In this document: piece after piece, positions 9,916 through 19,986 of the stretch
Position numbering within the stretch: position 1 is the stretch's first letter
How the letters are laid out: every line of letters starts with the position of its first letter
Origin: Candidatus Latescibacterota bacterium
GTDB taxonomy: Bacteria > Latescibacterota > UBA2968 > UBA8231
Assembly: GCA_965248355.1 (NCBI GenBank)
Contig: OZ252098.1
Coordinates: forward strand, 3,488,001-3,552,000
DNA: 64,000 nt
Direction: 5' to 3'
Translations under genes and position numbers: made by a program
Notes under the pieces: generated by a model
The model's database searches: none
What the model saw: only the letters and a program-made list of their open reading frames with translations
What the model was told of the DNA's origin: nothing

Positions 9916-10815
9916 TCACACCACCGCCTTCAAACAGATTTATGCAACGTTAGGGTACAGGCCCTTGCCTCCATCGATCACCACGAGCAGCCCGGCTTCG
10001 TATTGCAGGCCCCGCTCGACCAGCTCCGCCAGGAAGCGGCGACAGACGCGCTCGTTCTCGGTGGCCGCCTGCACGAAGCCCAAGGGCACCTTCTGGCCCT
10101 CCAGAGTCACACCCAGGGCGATGAGGATCTCCTCGTCGGCGAAGCTCTTGCCGTCCAGAAACAGCGCCACCAGGTCGTAGCCTTCCAAGGATCGCTGCTG
10201 GAATTCGGCCAGCTTGCGCGCCGTGCCTTTCACGTACCGGCGAGAGACCGAGGAACGGGACAGACCGAAGGCTTGCGGGACGGTCTCGGCGCAGGCCTCG
10301 TAGTTGCGCGTGGCCAAGCCCTTCAGCACCCGCAACAACAGCCCCTGGTCCATCTGCCTCGGCGTCTGCAGGGCCTGATAGGCCTCCAGCGGGACCTCGG
10401 TGCCGCGGACCACATCGCGCACGCGCGGCACCTCGACCGGCAGTTTCTGATCGCCCAGGTACACCGACCCGGCCTGCGCCCCCCAGCGGCGCAACGCCTG
10501 ATCCGGACCCTTGCGCTGATACCGAGGTCCGGCCAAGGCCTCGACCGACTGCTGCAGCTCCTCCGAGACCGCCTGCAGACCCAAAGGGATCAGCAGCTGG
10601 ATGACCTCGATGCGAGTCTCCAGATCGTCCATCGACGCGGTGGCTTGGCGGTTCACGGGGCCGATGGCCACGGTCCGTTTGACGCCCTTCTTCCGTGCTT
10701 GTAGCTTGCTCATGGCAGGCTCCTTGGGTTACCGATACGAGGCTTCTTGGGGATTTCTCGTATCAAACGTAACGATGGGAGCCTGTGCTATTTCAACTAA
10801 GATCGGGACAATGCC

Positions 10816-11044
10816 TTGAGGTCGCCTTGGACCCGAAGTGCAGGATCCTGTCGGCTCCGCCCGCTTGTTTGACGTAGCGTTCCAACTGCCCTTGCACGAT
10901 AGTGCGCAAGAACGAGATGGCATCAATGAAGTTGGACTTGCCCGATCCGTTAGCCCCGATAAGCACGTTCAGAGGACGCAGCTTCAGCATGGTATGGCCA
11001 ATGCTCTTGGACCCTTCGACTACAACCCCATCAAGTCTGGACAT
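10816..11044 (-). pseudogene. 5' part of AAA_21/ABC-type ATPase
   Basis: LRPLNVLIGANGSGKSN Walker A; rejoined junction reads SKATSKLEMQVSF (365 aa total). Confidence 0.85.
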
Positions 11045-11055
11045 GGCTCGTTTGC

Positions 11056-13995
11056 CTACACCCGGAACACCTTCATCACCTCGTCCCCGAGGTGGTTGAT
11101 CACCTTCACCGCGATCCGGCCCGACGCCGGCTTGGGAAAAGGCCGGGAGGTGTCGCTGTGCAGGGTCTCCCAGGCTTCCTGGTTGATCTCGGCCTTCAGC
11201 GTCGTCCGCAACGCCTTGTAGGGATCGCTGGCGCCCAGGAAGTAGGCGTGGCGGACGAAGAAGCTCTCCTCGTTGTAGTCGCTGTCGACGAACCAGCAGG
11301 CGATGCCGTCGGCGTTGTCGCTGCGGATTTCTCCGGTGTTGGGGTGGAACACGTCGACGCCGTTGACCTTGACCTGGATCTGTCCGTCCTCTGCGTCGAG
11401 CAGGTCGATGTCCGGCTCGCCGAAGATGACGAAGAGGTTGCCCTTGCCGGTGTTCTTGAGGTCGTCGGCCATGTGGAGGTCGGCGTTCATGCGCGCCTTG
11501 AGGACCGGGACGCGGCCGAGCTTGCTGAACTCCGAGGCGTGGGCGTCGTAGTTGAAGGCGCAGGCGACCAGCACGTCGAAGTCGGCGTCGGCGGCCTCGC
11601 GCACCGCCGACACGAGATCGGGGCGCGAGACGGTGCCGAACTCCGGGCCGATGAAGATGCCGGCGCGTCTCTGGGGCCCGGAGTCGCCGTTGCCGTCGAG
11701 GTAGGTCCCCTCGGCGCAGACGAGGTCGCCGGGCCAGGGCCTGATCCCGGAGAAGGAGATGCGGTCCTCCTTGTGGGCCTGCTGGACGCCGGTGGTCTTG
11801 AGGTTGTCGAGGATCATCCCGGCGAAGTCCTGCTTTTCGCCGTACCCAAGGCTGGCTTCGGCGATGTTGTCGATGAGCTCGTCGTTCTCATTGACACCGA
11901 GCAGGCGGTGCGGAGAGAGGCTCTCCACGGTGAAGGGACCGGCGACGCGGACCTTCCTGTTGTCCTCGTAAGGCTTGTCGTAGAGGTATTCGTAGTCGGC
12001 CTTGGCGGCGATGGAGGCGTCGATCTCCTTCTGCCGGGCGATGCGCTCCTCCCACCAGAGGCTGTGAAGGTCGGATGCCTCCGCGGCCCAAGGGTCGCGC
12101 GGCTGGGCGGGAACGTCCTCGAGGGCGTACTCCCGGCCCAGCGCCCTGTTCAACTCGCGCAGGGCCGAGGACTTCTCCCCGTCCGTGCGCGCGGCCTGGA
12201 CCCTGCCCCAGGCCCGGGTGGCCGCCTCCGGCCACGGGTCACCCACCTCCCGGGGAATCTCCCACTCCTCCCACTCCTGGTACAGCGCCGCGTTCAGCTC
12301 TTCCCTCAGCGGCTCCAGCCTCTCCTGGAACTTCTCCCAGATCACGTCGATCTCGGCGTTGTTGGCGATGGACTTGAGGGTGATGTGGGGGACGCGCTCG
12401 TACACGAAGCCCTGGCGGATGTCGTTGTACGTGGGCGCTTCCGAGGGGGCCTTGCGGGAGATCTCGCCTTCCTTGACCTGGCCGTCGCGGCTGTCGGCGA
12501 GCAGGTAGTAGGGATAGCGGGCGCCCATGATGCGGGCGCGGGCGAGCGCGAGGGCGACGCGGGAGGTGTCGATGGTGATCCAGCGGCGGCCCCACTGCTC
12601 GGCGACGTAAGCGGTGGTGCCGGAGCCGCAGGTGGGGTCGAGGACGAGATCTCCGGGGTCGGTGGCCATTAGGATGCAGCGTTCGACAATCTTGTGCGCG
12701 GTCTGAACGATGTAGAGCTTATCACCGCCCACGCTGCTTCCAACATCTGACCAGATGTTGGTAATTGCCTTCACAGGAAAATCTCGGATGAAACGGACAT
12801 AGTTCAGAGTTCTTCTCCCCTTCATTAAGCGGTTGGCAAATAATAACCGCCTCATGCCCTCTTCATTTGTCTTCCATCGAGCCTTAATGCTTGGTCGAAT
12901 CTCTGCACCCTCAATGGATACGGGAAACCAAGACGCAGCCCCCTCACCTTTATCACGCCCCATGCTCTGGCTTGTCATGTCACTTAGACGAAAGTAATGA
13001 CCTTCGGATAATTCGAGCCCTTGACGCACAGCCTCCATCTCACGCAATCGTTGCCCGTCAGCAAACTCTATGAACTGATATGCCTGCCCACCCGAGCCAC
13101 CCGGCGCTTTCTCAAGGTGTTGAGTACGATACTTTAACTGTCGATGATCTTTTGCATACCATAGAAGGAAGTCAGCGGTGTTTGACAGGTAATCCTGAGT
13201 CGAACTACTCGTTTTCGTGACAGTAATCAGACTTACAAAATTGCCGTCACCCATAGTTTCGTCCAACAACGCCCGCACCCGATGCACATTCTCGTCCCCA
13301 ATCTGCACGAAGACCGACCCGCTATCAGTCAACAAATCCCGCGCCACCGTCAGCCGATCCCGCAGATACGTCAGATACGAATGAATCCCGTCCCGCCACG
13401 TATCTCGGAACGCCTTCACCTGCTCCGGCTCGCGCGTGATGTGCCCGGCGTTGCCGTCCTTGACGTCGCGGCTGGTCGTTGACCACTGGAAGTTGGAGTT
13501 GAACTTGATGCCGTAGGGCGGGTCGATGTAGATGCACTGCACCTTGCCGCGCAGCCCTTCCCGCTCCGCCAAGGACGCCATCACCTGCAGGCTGTCCCCG
13601 AGGATCATCCGGTTCGACCAGTTGGCGTCGTGCTGGTAGAACTCCGTCTGCGCGTCCCCCGCCGGCAGCCCGTTGAAGTCCGCGAACAGGTCGGCCTGGT
13701 CCTCCATCTCCCTGGTCCGCTGCCGCAGGTCGTCGATCAGGACCTTCGGATGCACTTTCTCCTGGATGAACAGCGGCGGCGCCTGCACCACCAAGTCCGA
13801 CCAGTCCTGCTCGTCCTTGCCGCGCCAGACAAGCTGCGGGTCGAGGTCCGGGTTGCGCCGCTCATACGCGACCCTGACCGGATTGCGGTCGTCCTCCGCC
13901 ATCACCGCCTGGTACTCGGCCGTGGGGATGTTCTTCCGCGATGCCTCCTGGTGCCGCAGGCTCTCGACGGTCTTCGTCGACTTTCGTTTCGTCAT
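11056..13995 (-). CDS. mod: Type III-like R-M adenine DNA methyltransferase (Mod, beta class)
   Basis: IYIDPPY catalytic motif precedes LVLDPTCGSGTT SAM motif; C-terminal IAVKVINHLGDE. Confidence 0.9.
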   Translation of the reverse strand: MTKRKSTKTVESLRHQEASRKNIPTAEYQAVMAEDDRNPVRVAYERRNPDLDPQLVWRGKDEQDWSDLVVQAPPLFIQEKVHPKVLIDDLRQRTREMEDQADLFADFNGLPAGDAQTEFYQHDANWSNRMILGDSLQVMASLAEREGLRGKVQCIYIDPPYGIKFNSNFQWSTTSRDVKDGNAGHITREPEQVKAFRDTWRDGIHSYLTYLRDRLTVARDLLTDSGSVFVQIGDENVHRVRALLDETMGDGNFVSLITVTKTSSSTQDYLSNTADFLLWYAKDHRQLKYRTQHLEKAPGGSGGQAYQFIEFADGQRLREMEAVRQGLELSEGHYFRLSDMTSQSMGRDKGEGAASWFPVSIEGAEIRPSIKARWKTNEEGMRRLLFANRLMKGRRTLNYVRFIRDFPVKAITNIWSDVGSSVGGDKLYIVQTAHKIVERCILMATDPGDLVLDPTCGSGTTAYVAEQWGRRWITIDTSRVALALARARIMGARYPYYLLADSRDGQVKEGEISRKAPSEAPTYNDIRQGFVYERVPHITLKSIANNAEIDVIWEKFQERLEPLREELNAALYQEWEEWEIPREVGDPWPEAATRAWGRVQAARTDGEKSSALRELNRALGREYALEDVPAQPRDPWAAEASDLHSLWWEERIARQKEIDASIAAKADYEYLYDKPYEDNRKVRVAGPFTVESLSPHRLLGVNENDELIDNIAEASLGYGEKQDFAGMILDNLKTTGVQQAHKEDRISFSGIRPWPGDLVCAEGTYLDGNGDSGPQRRAGIFIGPEFGTVSRPDLVSAVREAADADFDVLVACAFNYDAHASEFSKLGRVPVLKARMNADLHMADDLKNTGKGNLFVIFGEPDIDLLDAEDGQIQVKVNGVDVFHPNTGEIRSDNADGIACWFVDSDYNEESFFVRHAYFLGASDPYKALRTTLKAEINQEAWETLHSDTSRPFPKPASGRIAVKVINHLGDEVMKVFRV

Positions 13996-14367
13996 CTATA
14001 CGGAGTCCTCGTTGGTCGTACTCAGCAGGGTTCGCAACTCTGGCAGCAGATCTGGAATCGCATCTTGAATGAGTGTCCAGATGATACCGTTACTGATGCT
14101 CAGATAGCTGTGGGCCAAGCGGTTGCGCGTCCCCACAATCGCATGCCAGGGAATGTCCTGGTACGCCTCACGCACCTCGCTCGGAATATGGGTTGCTGCC
14201 TCGCCGATCAGTTCCAGATTGCGCAGGGTGGCGTCATAGGTGAGTCCATCCGCGATGAACGCGTCCTGATCCAGGCCCTCGGTATAGGTCAGCACCTTCT
14301 CGCTGAATTCGATCATGTCCTGAACGTAGAACCGCCATTCTCGCGCTCCTTGCTCAGCATCAGACAT
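13996..14367 (-). CDS. HEPN/DUF86 (HepT-like) RNase toxin
   Basis: LELIGEA, IPW and RNRLAH (RX4H) motifs. Confidence 0.85.
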   Translation of the reverse strand: MSDAEQGAREWRFYVQDMIEFSEKVLTYTEGLDQDAFIADGLTYDATLRNLELIGEAATHIPSEVREAYQDIPWHAIVGTRNRLAHSYLSISNGIIWTLIQDAIPDLLPELRTLLSTTNEDSV

Positions 14368-14650
14368 TGATCACCTCCCGCTCCACGTAGGGGCGAATCT
14401 CGGCGCGAAGGTCCTGATTGGTTGCCAGGTCCACGGGCCGCCCTAGTAGCTCTTCCAAGTAGCCTTGAGCTCCGAAATAGCGTTGCCAATTTGGGGGCAT
14501 GCCGAACCGCACCAGGACGTCGACGTCGCTGTCGTCGGTAGCCTGGTCACGCGCGAAGGAACCGAACAGGGCGAGTTCGGTGACGCCAAAGCGTTCGGAG
14601 AGTGTCGCCTTGTGGGTTCTGAGCACCTTCAGGACTTCATCCCTGTTCAT
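14360..14650 (-). CDS. Minimal nucleotidyltransferase (MNT) antitoxin
   Basis: FGSFARDQATDDSDVDVLV (GSx10DxD); ATG 14650 with RBS. Confidence 0.85.
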   Translation of the reverse strand: MNRDEVLKVLRTHKATLSERFGVTELALFGSFARDQATDDSDVDVLVRFGMPPNWQRYFGAQGYLEELLGRPVDLATNQDLRAEIRPYVEREVINV

Positions 14651-14681
14651 TGACCCTCTCCCTTCCGTGCCAGTCGTCGGA

Positions 14682-14870
14682 TCATCCGATCCGTGGAACG
14701 GCGAGGTTCGCGCAGATCTCGCGGACGAGCAAGTTGTCCACTTCCACGTGGCGCGGAATGGCCGTCTGCCGGTCACCACGAGCGTTCTGCCAGATCGAAT
14801 GCCGGCGACCTGCGCGTAACAGCGTGCAGCCGTGCCGCCGCAAATGCCTGAGAAGCGTCGTGCGCTTCAT
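14682..14870 (-). CDS. hicA: HicA family toxin
   Basis: 62 aa basic protein, GRRHSIW and IPRH; ATGA overlap with hicB. Confidence 0.85.
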   Translation of the reverse strand: MKRTTLLRHLRRHGCTLLRAGRRHSIWQNARGDRQTAIPRHVEVDNLLVREICANLAVPRIG

Positions 14871-15076
14871 GCAACGGAGATCTTTGCCGTCTCATAGCCG
14901 TCCCCGGCCGCCGATCGGGCCGCCTGGCGTCTGATCTCCAACATCTCCCCGAGCGTGACGGCGAGCGTGTCCACGAGCTCTTCGCGGGTGCGTTCCTGGC
15001 AGGTCACGCCGGGTACTTCCTGGATCCAGCCGATCCACCATTCGCCCCTGCGATTCACGATTGCCGTGTATTCCAT
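14867..15076 (-). CDS. hicB: HicB family antitoxin (short form)
   Basis: WWIGWIQEVPGVTCQERTREEL. Confidence 0.85.
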   Translation of the reverse strand: MEYTAIVNRRGEWWIGWIQEVPGVTCQERTREELVDTLAVTLGEMLEIRRQAARSAAGDGYETAKISVA

Positions 15077-15311
15077 GTTCGTTCCTCTCTCGACTTCTGA
15101 ACTTCCTCACTGGGCATTGGAGTTCCCTTGGCACTTCCGACGCCTCTCTGTCCCCTCTCGCAATTTGTCAAGTGCCACGGTCTTTCCGGTGCAAAGGTGG
15201 TGCTGTATTCCGGAGCCGAGTGGCTAAAGCCTGGTGGTCTGTTCCTACGCACCATTTGCGCGACCTCCTCTCTCAGATTTTGGGGCGCTGTACCCGCCAC
15301 GGAGTGGCTAG

Positions 15312-18300
15312 TCATTCGCTGGCCTGGATCTCCACTTCGGAGCGAAGCTCCTCAACCAAACGATTGAACGCAGCTTCCACCTCGAAGACATCCGTAAACT
15401 CGGCAAATACCCAGCGCCCGTAGTCCCCGTGGTTGTTCACCCCGGGGACCCAGTAGGTGTCCATGGTCGCCTTCTTGTCCCTGGCGTCCTCCCCCCGGTA
15501 GCCCTTGATCTCGACGACCAGGTGCAGGAGATCTTCCTCGCCTTGGCCGTCGTCGACGAGGACGATGAAGTCCGGCAGGTAAGTCCGCGTTTCGGAGCCG
15601 GAACGGTAGGGGACCTCCAGGCCGAGGTTGTGGTTCTTGACGTAGGCCCTGACCTGCGGGTGGGACTCGGCGACGCGGCAGAACTCCGCCTCCCAGTCGC
15701 TGTCGAGGACGACCCAGTTGATGTGGCAGCGGCGGGAATCGGTCTGGTACCGGCTGGTTTTGGTGGTGGTGAAATTAACGTGGGCCGTGGAACCGACGGG
15801 ATTGTATGGATCGAGTACGGCCTTGACTGGGCGACGGTCAATTCCCGCTTGCGTGATGGCCGCGGCGATGCGCTCGCAGGCCGTGTCGGCCAGTTCCTGG
15901 TACATGAGTTGGGCGGGATACGTGCCCCCCTTGCAGACGAGATAGCCGTTGAGCCACTGCCTGGTGATCCGCTTGAGCTGTCCGAAGAGATGGAGCTTCG
16001 GCTCCTCGCCCGGGTCGCGGTATTTCGTGTAGAGGAGGCGCTGGGTCAGGTGGAACAGCAGGGTCGAGGTCCGCAGGCCGTCGGTGTGAACGAGGTTCAG
16101 GTCGACCCCCTCGCCGATGATCCCCTGGTTTCTCGTGATCGAGGGACCGACCACTTCGGGGGTCAAGCTGAACTCCGAGACTTCGTTGAACTCGGCTTCG
16201 AGCCGGTCCTCCGGCAGCTCCACCCGGTACCCGGCCACCCGGGGGAAACGGATCTCCAGCGCGTCTCGTTCCGGGCGCACCGCCCGCACGTGGACCGTCG
16301 GTCTCGGCGGCTTCGCCGGGGCCAGGACTGGCTTGGCGGTAAAGTCGAAGGGGATCCCCAAGACGTCGGCGTACTCGACGTCGAACAGGCCGTCTTCGTT
16401 GAGGTCGTATGACTGCCGCCGCAGGGCGCGGCCGACGACCTGCTCGCAGAGCAGCTGCGTCCCGAAGGCACGGACGCCGAGCACGTGGCTGACGGTGTTC
16501 GCGTCCCACCCTTCGGTCAGCATCGACACCGACACCACGCAGCGGATCGAGTCCCCGAGCCGATCCTCCTTGCCGACGGTGTTCATGACCTCCCGGAGGA
16601 GGTCCTGGTCGGTGATCTTCTCCGCCTGGCGGAGGTCGCCGGTGCGCTCGACGATCTCCCTGCGGAAGCGCTCGATCTCGTCGGCGGCCATGTCGCGGAA
16701 GTTCCTGTCCAGCGCCTCCCCGGACTCCAGCTGCTCGCTGTCGATCAGAAGGGTTCGGGGCCTCGGGAGTCGAGTGCCGTCCTCGTCGAAGTTGCGGAAC
16801 AGCTCGAGGCGCCCGTTCTCCAACGTCGTCGGGCGGTTCTCGTTCTCGCGGTGGAAGCCGGAGATGTAGTCGTAGACCAGCTTGGAGGTCGAGGTGTTGT
16901 TGCAGACGATGATGAAGCAGGGAGGCACGGAAATGCCGGCCTCCTGCATCATTTCAAAGGTTTTGCGGTAATGGCCGTACAGCGCCTCCAGAGCGGTCTG
17001 CAGCTCAACGGGCAGGCTCAGGGGATCGAGGTGACTAACCTTGCCCCGCCCCTTCTTCGGCATGTCCTCGCGGATATGCTCCCACAGGTTGCGGAACTTC
17101 GGCATGTCGCCGCCGGGGATGTTGTCGGCCACCGGCACCCGGGGCAGCTTGACGATGCCGCACTCGATGGCATCCATGAGCGAGAAATCGCACATCGTCC
17201 ACGGGAAAAGGGTGCCTTCGGCGTAGCCGGACCCGCGCAGAAAGAAGGGGGTCGCCGAGAGGTCGAATACCCGGTTGATGCCGAGCTTTTCGCCGACGGT
17301 TTCCAGCCCCGAAATCCACAAGCGGGCGGCCTCCGTGTTCTTCTCGGCCTCCTTCCTGTCGTCTCCCTTCAGCGTTTCTTCCTCGACCTCTCCCGGCTTC
17401 TCGCGGTAGCAGTGGTGGGCCTCGTCGTTGAGGACGAGGACGTTCTTCATGCCCATGAGCTCCGGCATGACCCGCTGCAGCATCTGCCCCTCGGTCTCCA
17501 GGGTCGCCAGCGACTCGCCCCGTCCCTGGAGCAGGGAACGGCCCCCCTTGGACAGCTCCATGCGCTCGCGCAGCTTGAAGGCGTGGTAGTTGGTGATGAC
17601 GATCTTCGCCTTCTCCAGGTCGGAGCGCATGTCGTTGGGGACCAGCTCGCGGCCCTGGAAGTAGCTGTCGGGGTCGTTCGGCTGCAGCACCCGCAGGCGG
17701 TCCTTGATGGTGATGCCCGGGGTGACGACGAGGAAGCCGCGGGTGAAGCGGCTGCTCTGGGGCCGGCGCACCGCGTTTATGGTCTGCCAGGCGATCAGCA
17801 TCGCCATGACCGTGGTCTTGCCGGCGCCGGTCGCCAGTTTGAGGGCCAGCCGCGGCAGGTCCGGGTTGGCCTCTTCGTTGGCGTTGGCCAGATGGTCGAG
17901 GAAGTCGCGGCCGGCACGCGCCCTGGGCGCCACCTCGGTGAGCCAGATGGCGGTCTCGGACGCTTCGAGCTGGCAGAAGAAGGGGCGGATGCCGCTGAAG
18001 TGGTGGTGCCGCCAGTGCCGGAGCAGGCGGGCTGTCTCCGGGGTCACCTGCCACTGGGCCTCCGGCAGCTCGCGCCAGCGGTCGACCTGCTGGCGGACCC
18101 CGTTGATGATGGCGGTCAGGTCGTACTGCTGGCCATCGGTCCCGAGCTTCTGGGCCTTCTCGTCGAATACGAGCCTGGCCTGCTGCGCCGAGCCTTTGCG
18201 CTTCCGGGGCTTCGGGATCGGCGTGATGAACTCCGCCTGCCGGCGGCTCTCGATGGTCTTATGGGTCGGCTGCCCGGTCTCGTCCAGCTCCCATTGCCGG

Positions 18301-18356
18301 GACGGCCGCTCGTAGGGAGAGTTGAGAATTGGTCCTTTGAAGAAAGCTTCAGTCAT
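15312..18356 (-). CDS. res: Type III-like restriction endonuclease/helicase (Res)
   Basis: LATGAGKT Walker A, NDEAHH, LSATP, MLTEGWD, QVVGRALRR and C-terminal PDF...VEIKG nuclease. Confidence 0.9.
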   Translation of the reverse strand: MTEAFFKGPILNSPYERPSRQWELDETGQPTHKTIESRRQAEFITPIPKPRKRKGSAQQARLVFDEKAQKLGTDGQQYDLTAIINGVRQQVDRWRELPEAQWQVTPETARLLRHWRHHHFSGIRPFFCQLEASETAIWLTEVAPRARAGRDFLDHLANANEEANPDLPRLALKLATGAGKTTVMAMLIAWQTINAVRRPQSSRFTRGFLVVTPGITIKDRLRVLQPNDPDSYFQGRELVPNDMRSDLEKAKIVITNYHAFKLRERMELSKGGRSLLQGRGESLATLETEGQMLQRVMPELMGMKNVLVLNDEAHHCYREKPGEVEEETLKGDDRKEAEKNTEAARLWISGLETVGEKLGINRVFDLSATPFFLRGSGYAEGTLFPWTMCDFSLMDAIECGIVKLPRVPVADNIPGGDMPKFRNLWEHIREDMPKKGRGKVSHLDPLSLPVELQTALEALYGHYRKTFEMMQEAGISVPPCFIIVCNNTSTSKLVYDYISGFHRENENRPTTLENGRLELFRNFDEDGTRLPRPRTLLIDSEQLESGEALDRNFRDMAADEIERFRREIVERTGDLRQAEKITDQDLLREVMNTVGKEDRLGDSIRCVVSVSMLTEGWDANTVSHVLGVRAFGTQLLCEQVVGRALRRQSYDLNEDGLFDVEYADVLGIPFDFTAKPVLAPAKPPRPTVHVRAVRPERDALEIRFPRVAGYRVELPEDRLEAEFNEVSEFSLTPEVVGPSITRNQGIIGEGVDLNLVHTDGLRTSTLLFHLTQRLLYTKYRDPGEEPKLHLFGQLKRITRQWLNGYLVCKGGTYPAQLMYQELADTACERIAAAITQAGIDRRPVKAVLDPYNPVGSTAHVNFTTTKTSRYQTDSRRCHINWVVLDSDWEAEFCRVAESHPQVRAYVKNHNLGLEVPYRSGSETRTYLPDFIVLVDDGQGEEDLLHLVVEIKGYRGEDARDKKATMDTYWVPGVNNHGDYGRWVFAEFTDVFEVEAAFNRLVEELRSEVEIQASE

Positions 18357-18402
18357 GGATTGTCCAGCCAGAATCTACTGTCGGCCGCCCCCCACCGCAG
18401 AC

Positions 18403-19212
18403 TCAATCCCAGGGATCCACCCCCGCCAGCTTCCGCCCAAGGCTGGTCAGCTCGGCCGTCTTCCCTTCGCGGGCCTCCCGTTCCTCGGCGTAGCGCCCCA
18501 GGCCGGACAGCCGCCGCTGCCAGAAGTCCGTGCGCTTCCGCCGCGCCTCTTCGCCATCGCCGGCGGGACCCATGGTGATGTACTGGGCCACGCGGGGACT
18601 GTCGCCGCGGTTGAGGCTCGCCGTGTGCGGCAGGGCGGTACGCCAGATGACCAGGTCCCCCGCCTCGGCACCGATGCGCCGCGTTCCCAGGGCCAGCAGG
18701 TCCTGCGCGCGGGGATCGGCCCCCTCCGGCAACTCGTCGAGCCACGCCTCCAGGCGCTGGTGGAACCCGGGCACGCAGACGAAGGCGCCCTGCTCGGCGG
18801 GCGTGTCGTTCAGATAGAGAACACCCTGCACGCCAAATGACAACGGACGGTTATCCAGGGACGCGTCCCAGTGCAGACCGTGCTCGGGCGCATCCTTGTC
18901 CGGGGCCGGCGGACTGATGCTGGCCCGGTCGTGGCTGACCCACAGCTTGTCCGTGCCCCAGATCTGGCTGAAGGCCCGGTGGACCCGGGGGGCCGTGCGG
19001 TTGTCCCACATGGTCTGGTGCTGGTAGATCTCGACCATGATGCCGGGCCGGTCCTCCGGGTACCAGGTCCCGGGATCGTCCGGGTCCATGCCCGTGAAGG
19101 CCCACACCGCCCGCGCGGTGCGCTCCGCCTGGTCGCGGTCGATCACCTGACGAGCGACGACATACCCCTGTTCGGCAAAGGAATCGAGCTCTTCACTGCT
19201 CAGGACATCCAT
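18403..19212 (-). CDS. PhyH-family Fe(II)/2OG dioxygenase
   Basis: F.EQGYVV, LHWD, VPGFH, AGDLVIW and LPH. Confidence 0.85.
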   Translation of the reverse strand: MDVLSSEELDSFAEQGYVVARQVIDRDQAERTARAVWAFTGMDPDDPGTWYPEDRPGIMVEIYQHQTMWDNRTAPRVHRAFSQIWGTDKLWVSHDRASISPPAPDKDAPEHGLHWDASLDNRPLSFGVQGVLYLNDTPAEQGAFVCVPGFHQRLEAWLDELPEGADPRAQDLLALGTRRIGAEAGDLVIWRTALPHTASLNRGDSPRVAQYITMGPAGDGEEARRKRTDFWQRRLSGLGRYAEEREAREGKTAELTSLGRKLAGVDPWD

Positions 19213-19293
19213 GGGTTCTCCCTCGCTATGCGCTCGTGGAAGTGAGCCCCTCGAGCTCCGGCTTCGAGCGCGGGGTCGGCCGTCGCTGGTCGC

Positions 19294-19977
19294 TCAGGGC
19301 CCTGCGGCCTCGGGTCTCTTCGCCAGCTGTTTCAGGACTTCCCTCTCCAGTTCCTCGTAGTCGATCTTCCCCGTCCACTGGGCCACGATCCGGCTCTCTC
19401 CATCGAGCAGATACATCGCCGGAATCGCCTTCACCTTGAACTGGTACCAGGCGGGCGTCTCTTTGGCGTCCACAAAGATGGGATAGGTGATCTCCAGCTT
19501 GCCCACCATCCTCCTGATCTTCCTGACCCGGTTTTTCTCTTCGTCGATGGACACACCCCACACGTCGAACCCCCTGTCGGAATAGGCGCCGTGGAGCTCC
19601 TGCAACCGGGGCATCGTCTCGAGACAGGGCTTGCACCATGTGGCCCAGAAATCCACCAGCACGACCCTGCCCTTCATGTCCTCCAACGCCATGTCCCCGC
19701 CGTCCAGCATTTCAACAACGCAGTCTGGTGCGGGTCGTGGAAAGACCGGTGGCAGGTAGGCCACGGGATCCGAGTCGAACTCCACTTTGCACTCTTCAGA
19801 GCAGAAGTAGTACGCCTTCCCGTCATGTTCCGAATGGGCCTTGACCTTCTCCAACTCCGTCTCGCCCCCTCTCAGTGCACAGACAGTGCAAAGGGCCTTG
19901 TCGGGAACCTGGACTTCGGCCATAAGCGCGGCCGAACCCGCCAGGACAATCGGAAACAGGAACCTCCAGTAGCGCAC
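19294..19977 (-). CDS. Exported YHS-domain + TlpA thioredoxin-like protein
   Basis: Signal peptide, CTVC...YYFCSEEC...FDSDP (YHS/TRASH-like), DFWATWCKPC; RBS GGAGGA. Confidence 0.88.
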   Translation of the reverse strand: MRYWRFLFPIVLAGSAALMAEVQVPDKALCTVCALRGGETELEKVKAHSEHDGKAYYFCSEECKVEFDSDPVAYLPPVFPRPAPDCVVEMLDGGDMALEDMKGRVVLVDFWATWCKPCLETMPRLQELHGAYSDRGFDVWGVSIDEEKNRVRKIRRMVGKLEITYPIFVDAKETPAWYQFKVKAIPAMYLLDGESRIVAQWTGKIDYEELEREVLKQLAKRPEAAGP

Positions 19978-19986
19978 GGATCCTCC

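Larger units (their letters stand above)
6844..9955 (+). mobile_element. IS1380-family element (1548 bp native) carrying nested ISKra4
   Basis: 4-bp duplication TACA (6840-6843, 9956-9959); IRs CCCTCTGGTTGCATAA / CCCTAACGTTGCATAA. Confidence 0.9.
6326..10713 (-). pseudogene. IS256 transposase split by IS1380 (segments 10713-9956 and 6839-6326)
   Basis: Rejoined reading ...VVIDGGKGLY-KAVRSVLQGHACVQRCQYHK...RTTNCIE gives 423 aa with DDE and CxxH motifs. Confidence 0.9.
6276..10815 (-). mobile_element. IS256-family element (1424 bp native) carrying nested IS1380 and ISKra4
   Basis: 8-bp target duplication TTGAGGTC (6268-6275, 10816-10823); imperfect IRs GGGCAAGTCCCATTCTCAGTTGAAA / GGCATTGTCCCGATCTTAGTTGAAA. 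Confidence 0.9.

Noticed and set aside
15055..15315. 86-aa ORF overlapping the res stop (ATGA)
   Set aside because: No recognisable motif, atypical codon usage and overlap with hicB; at most a remnant
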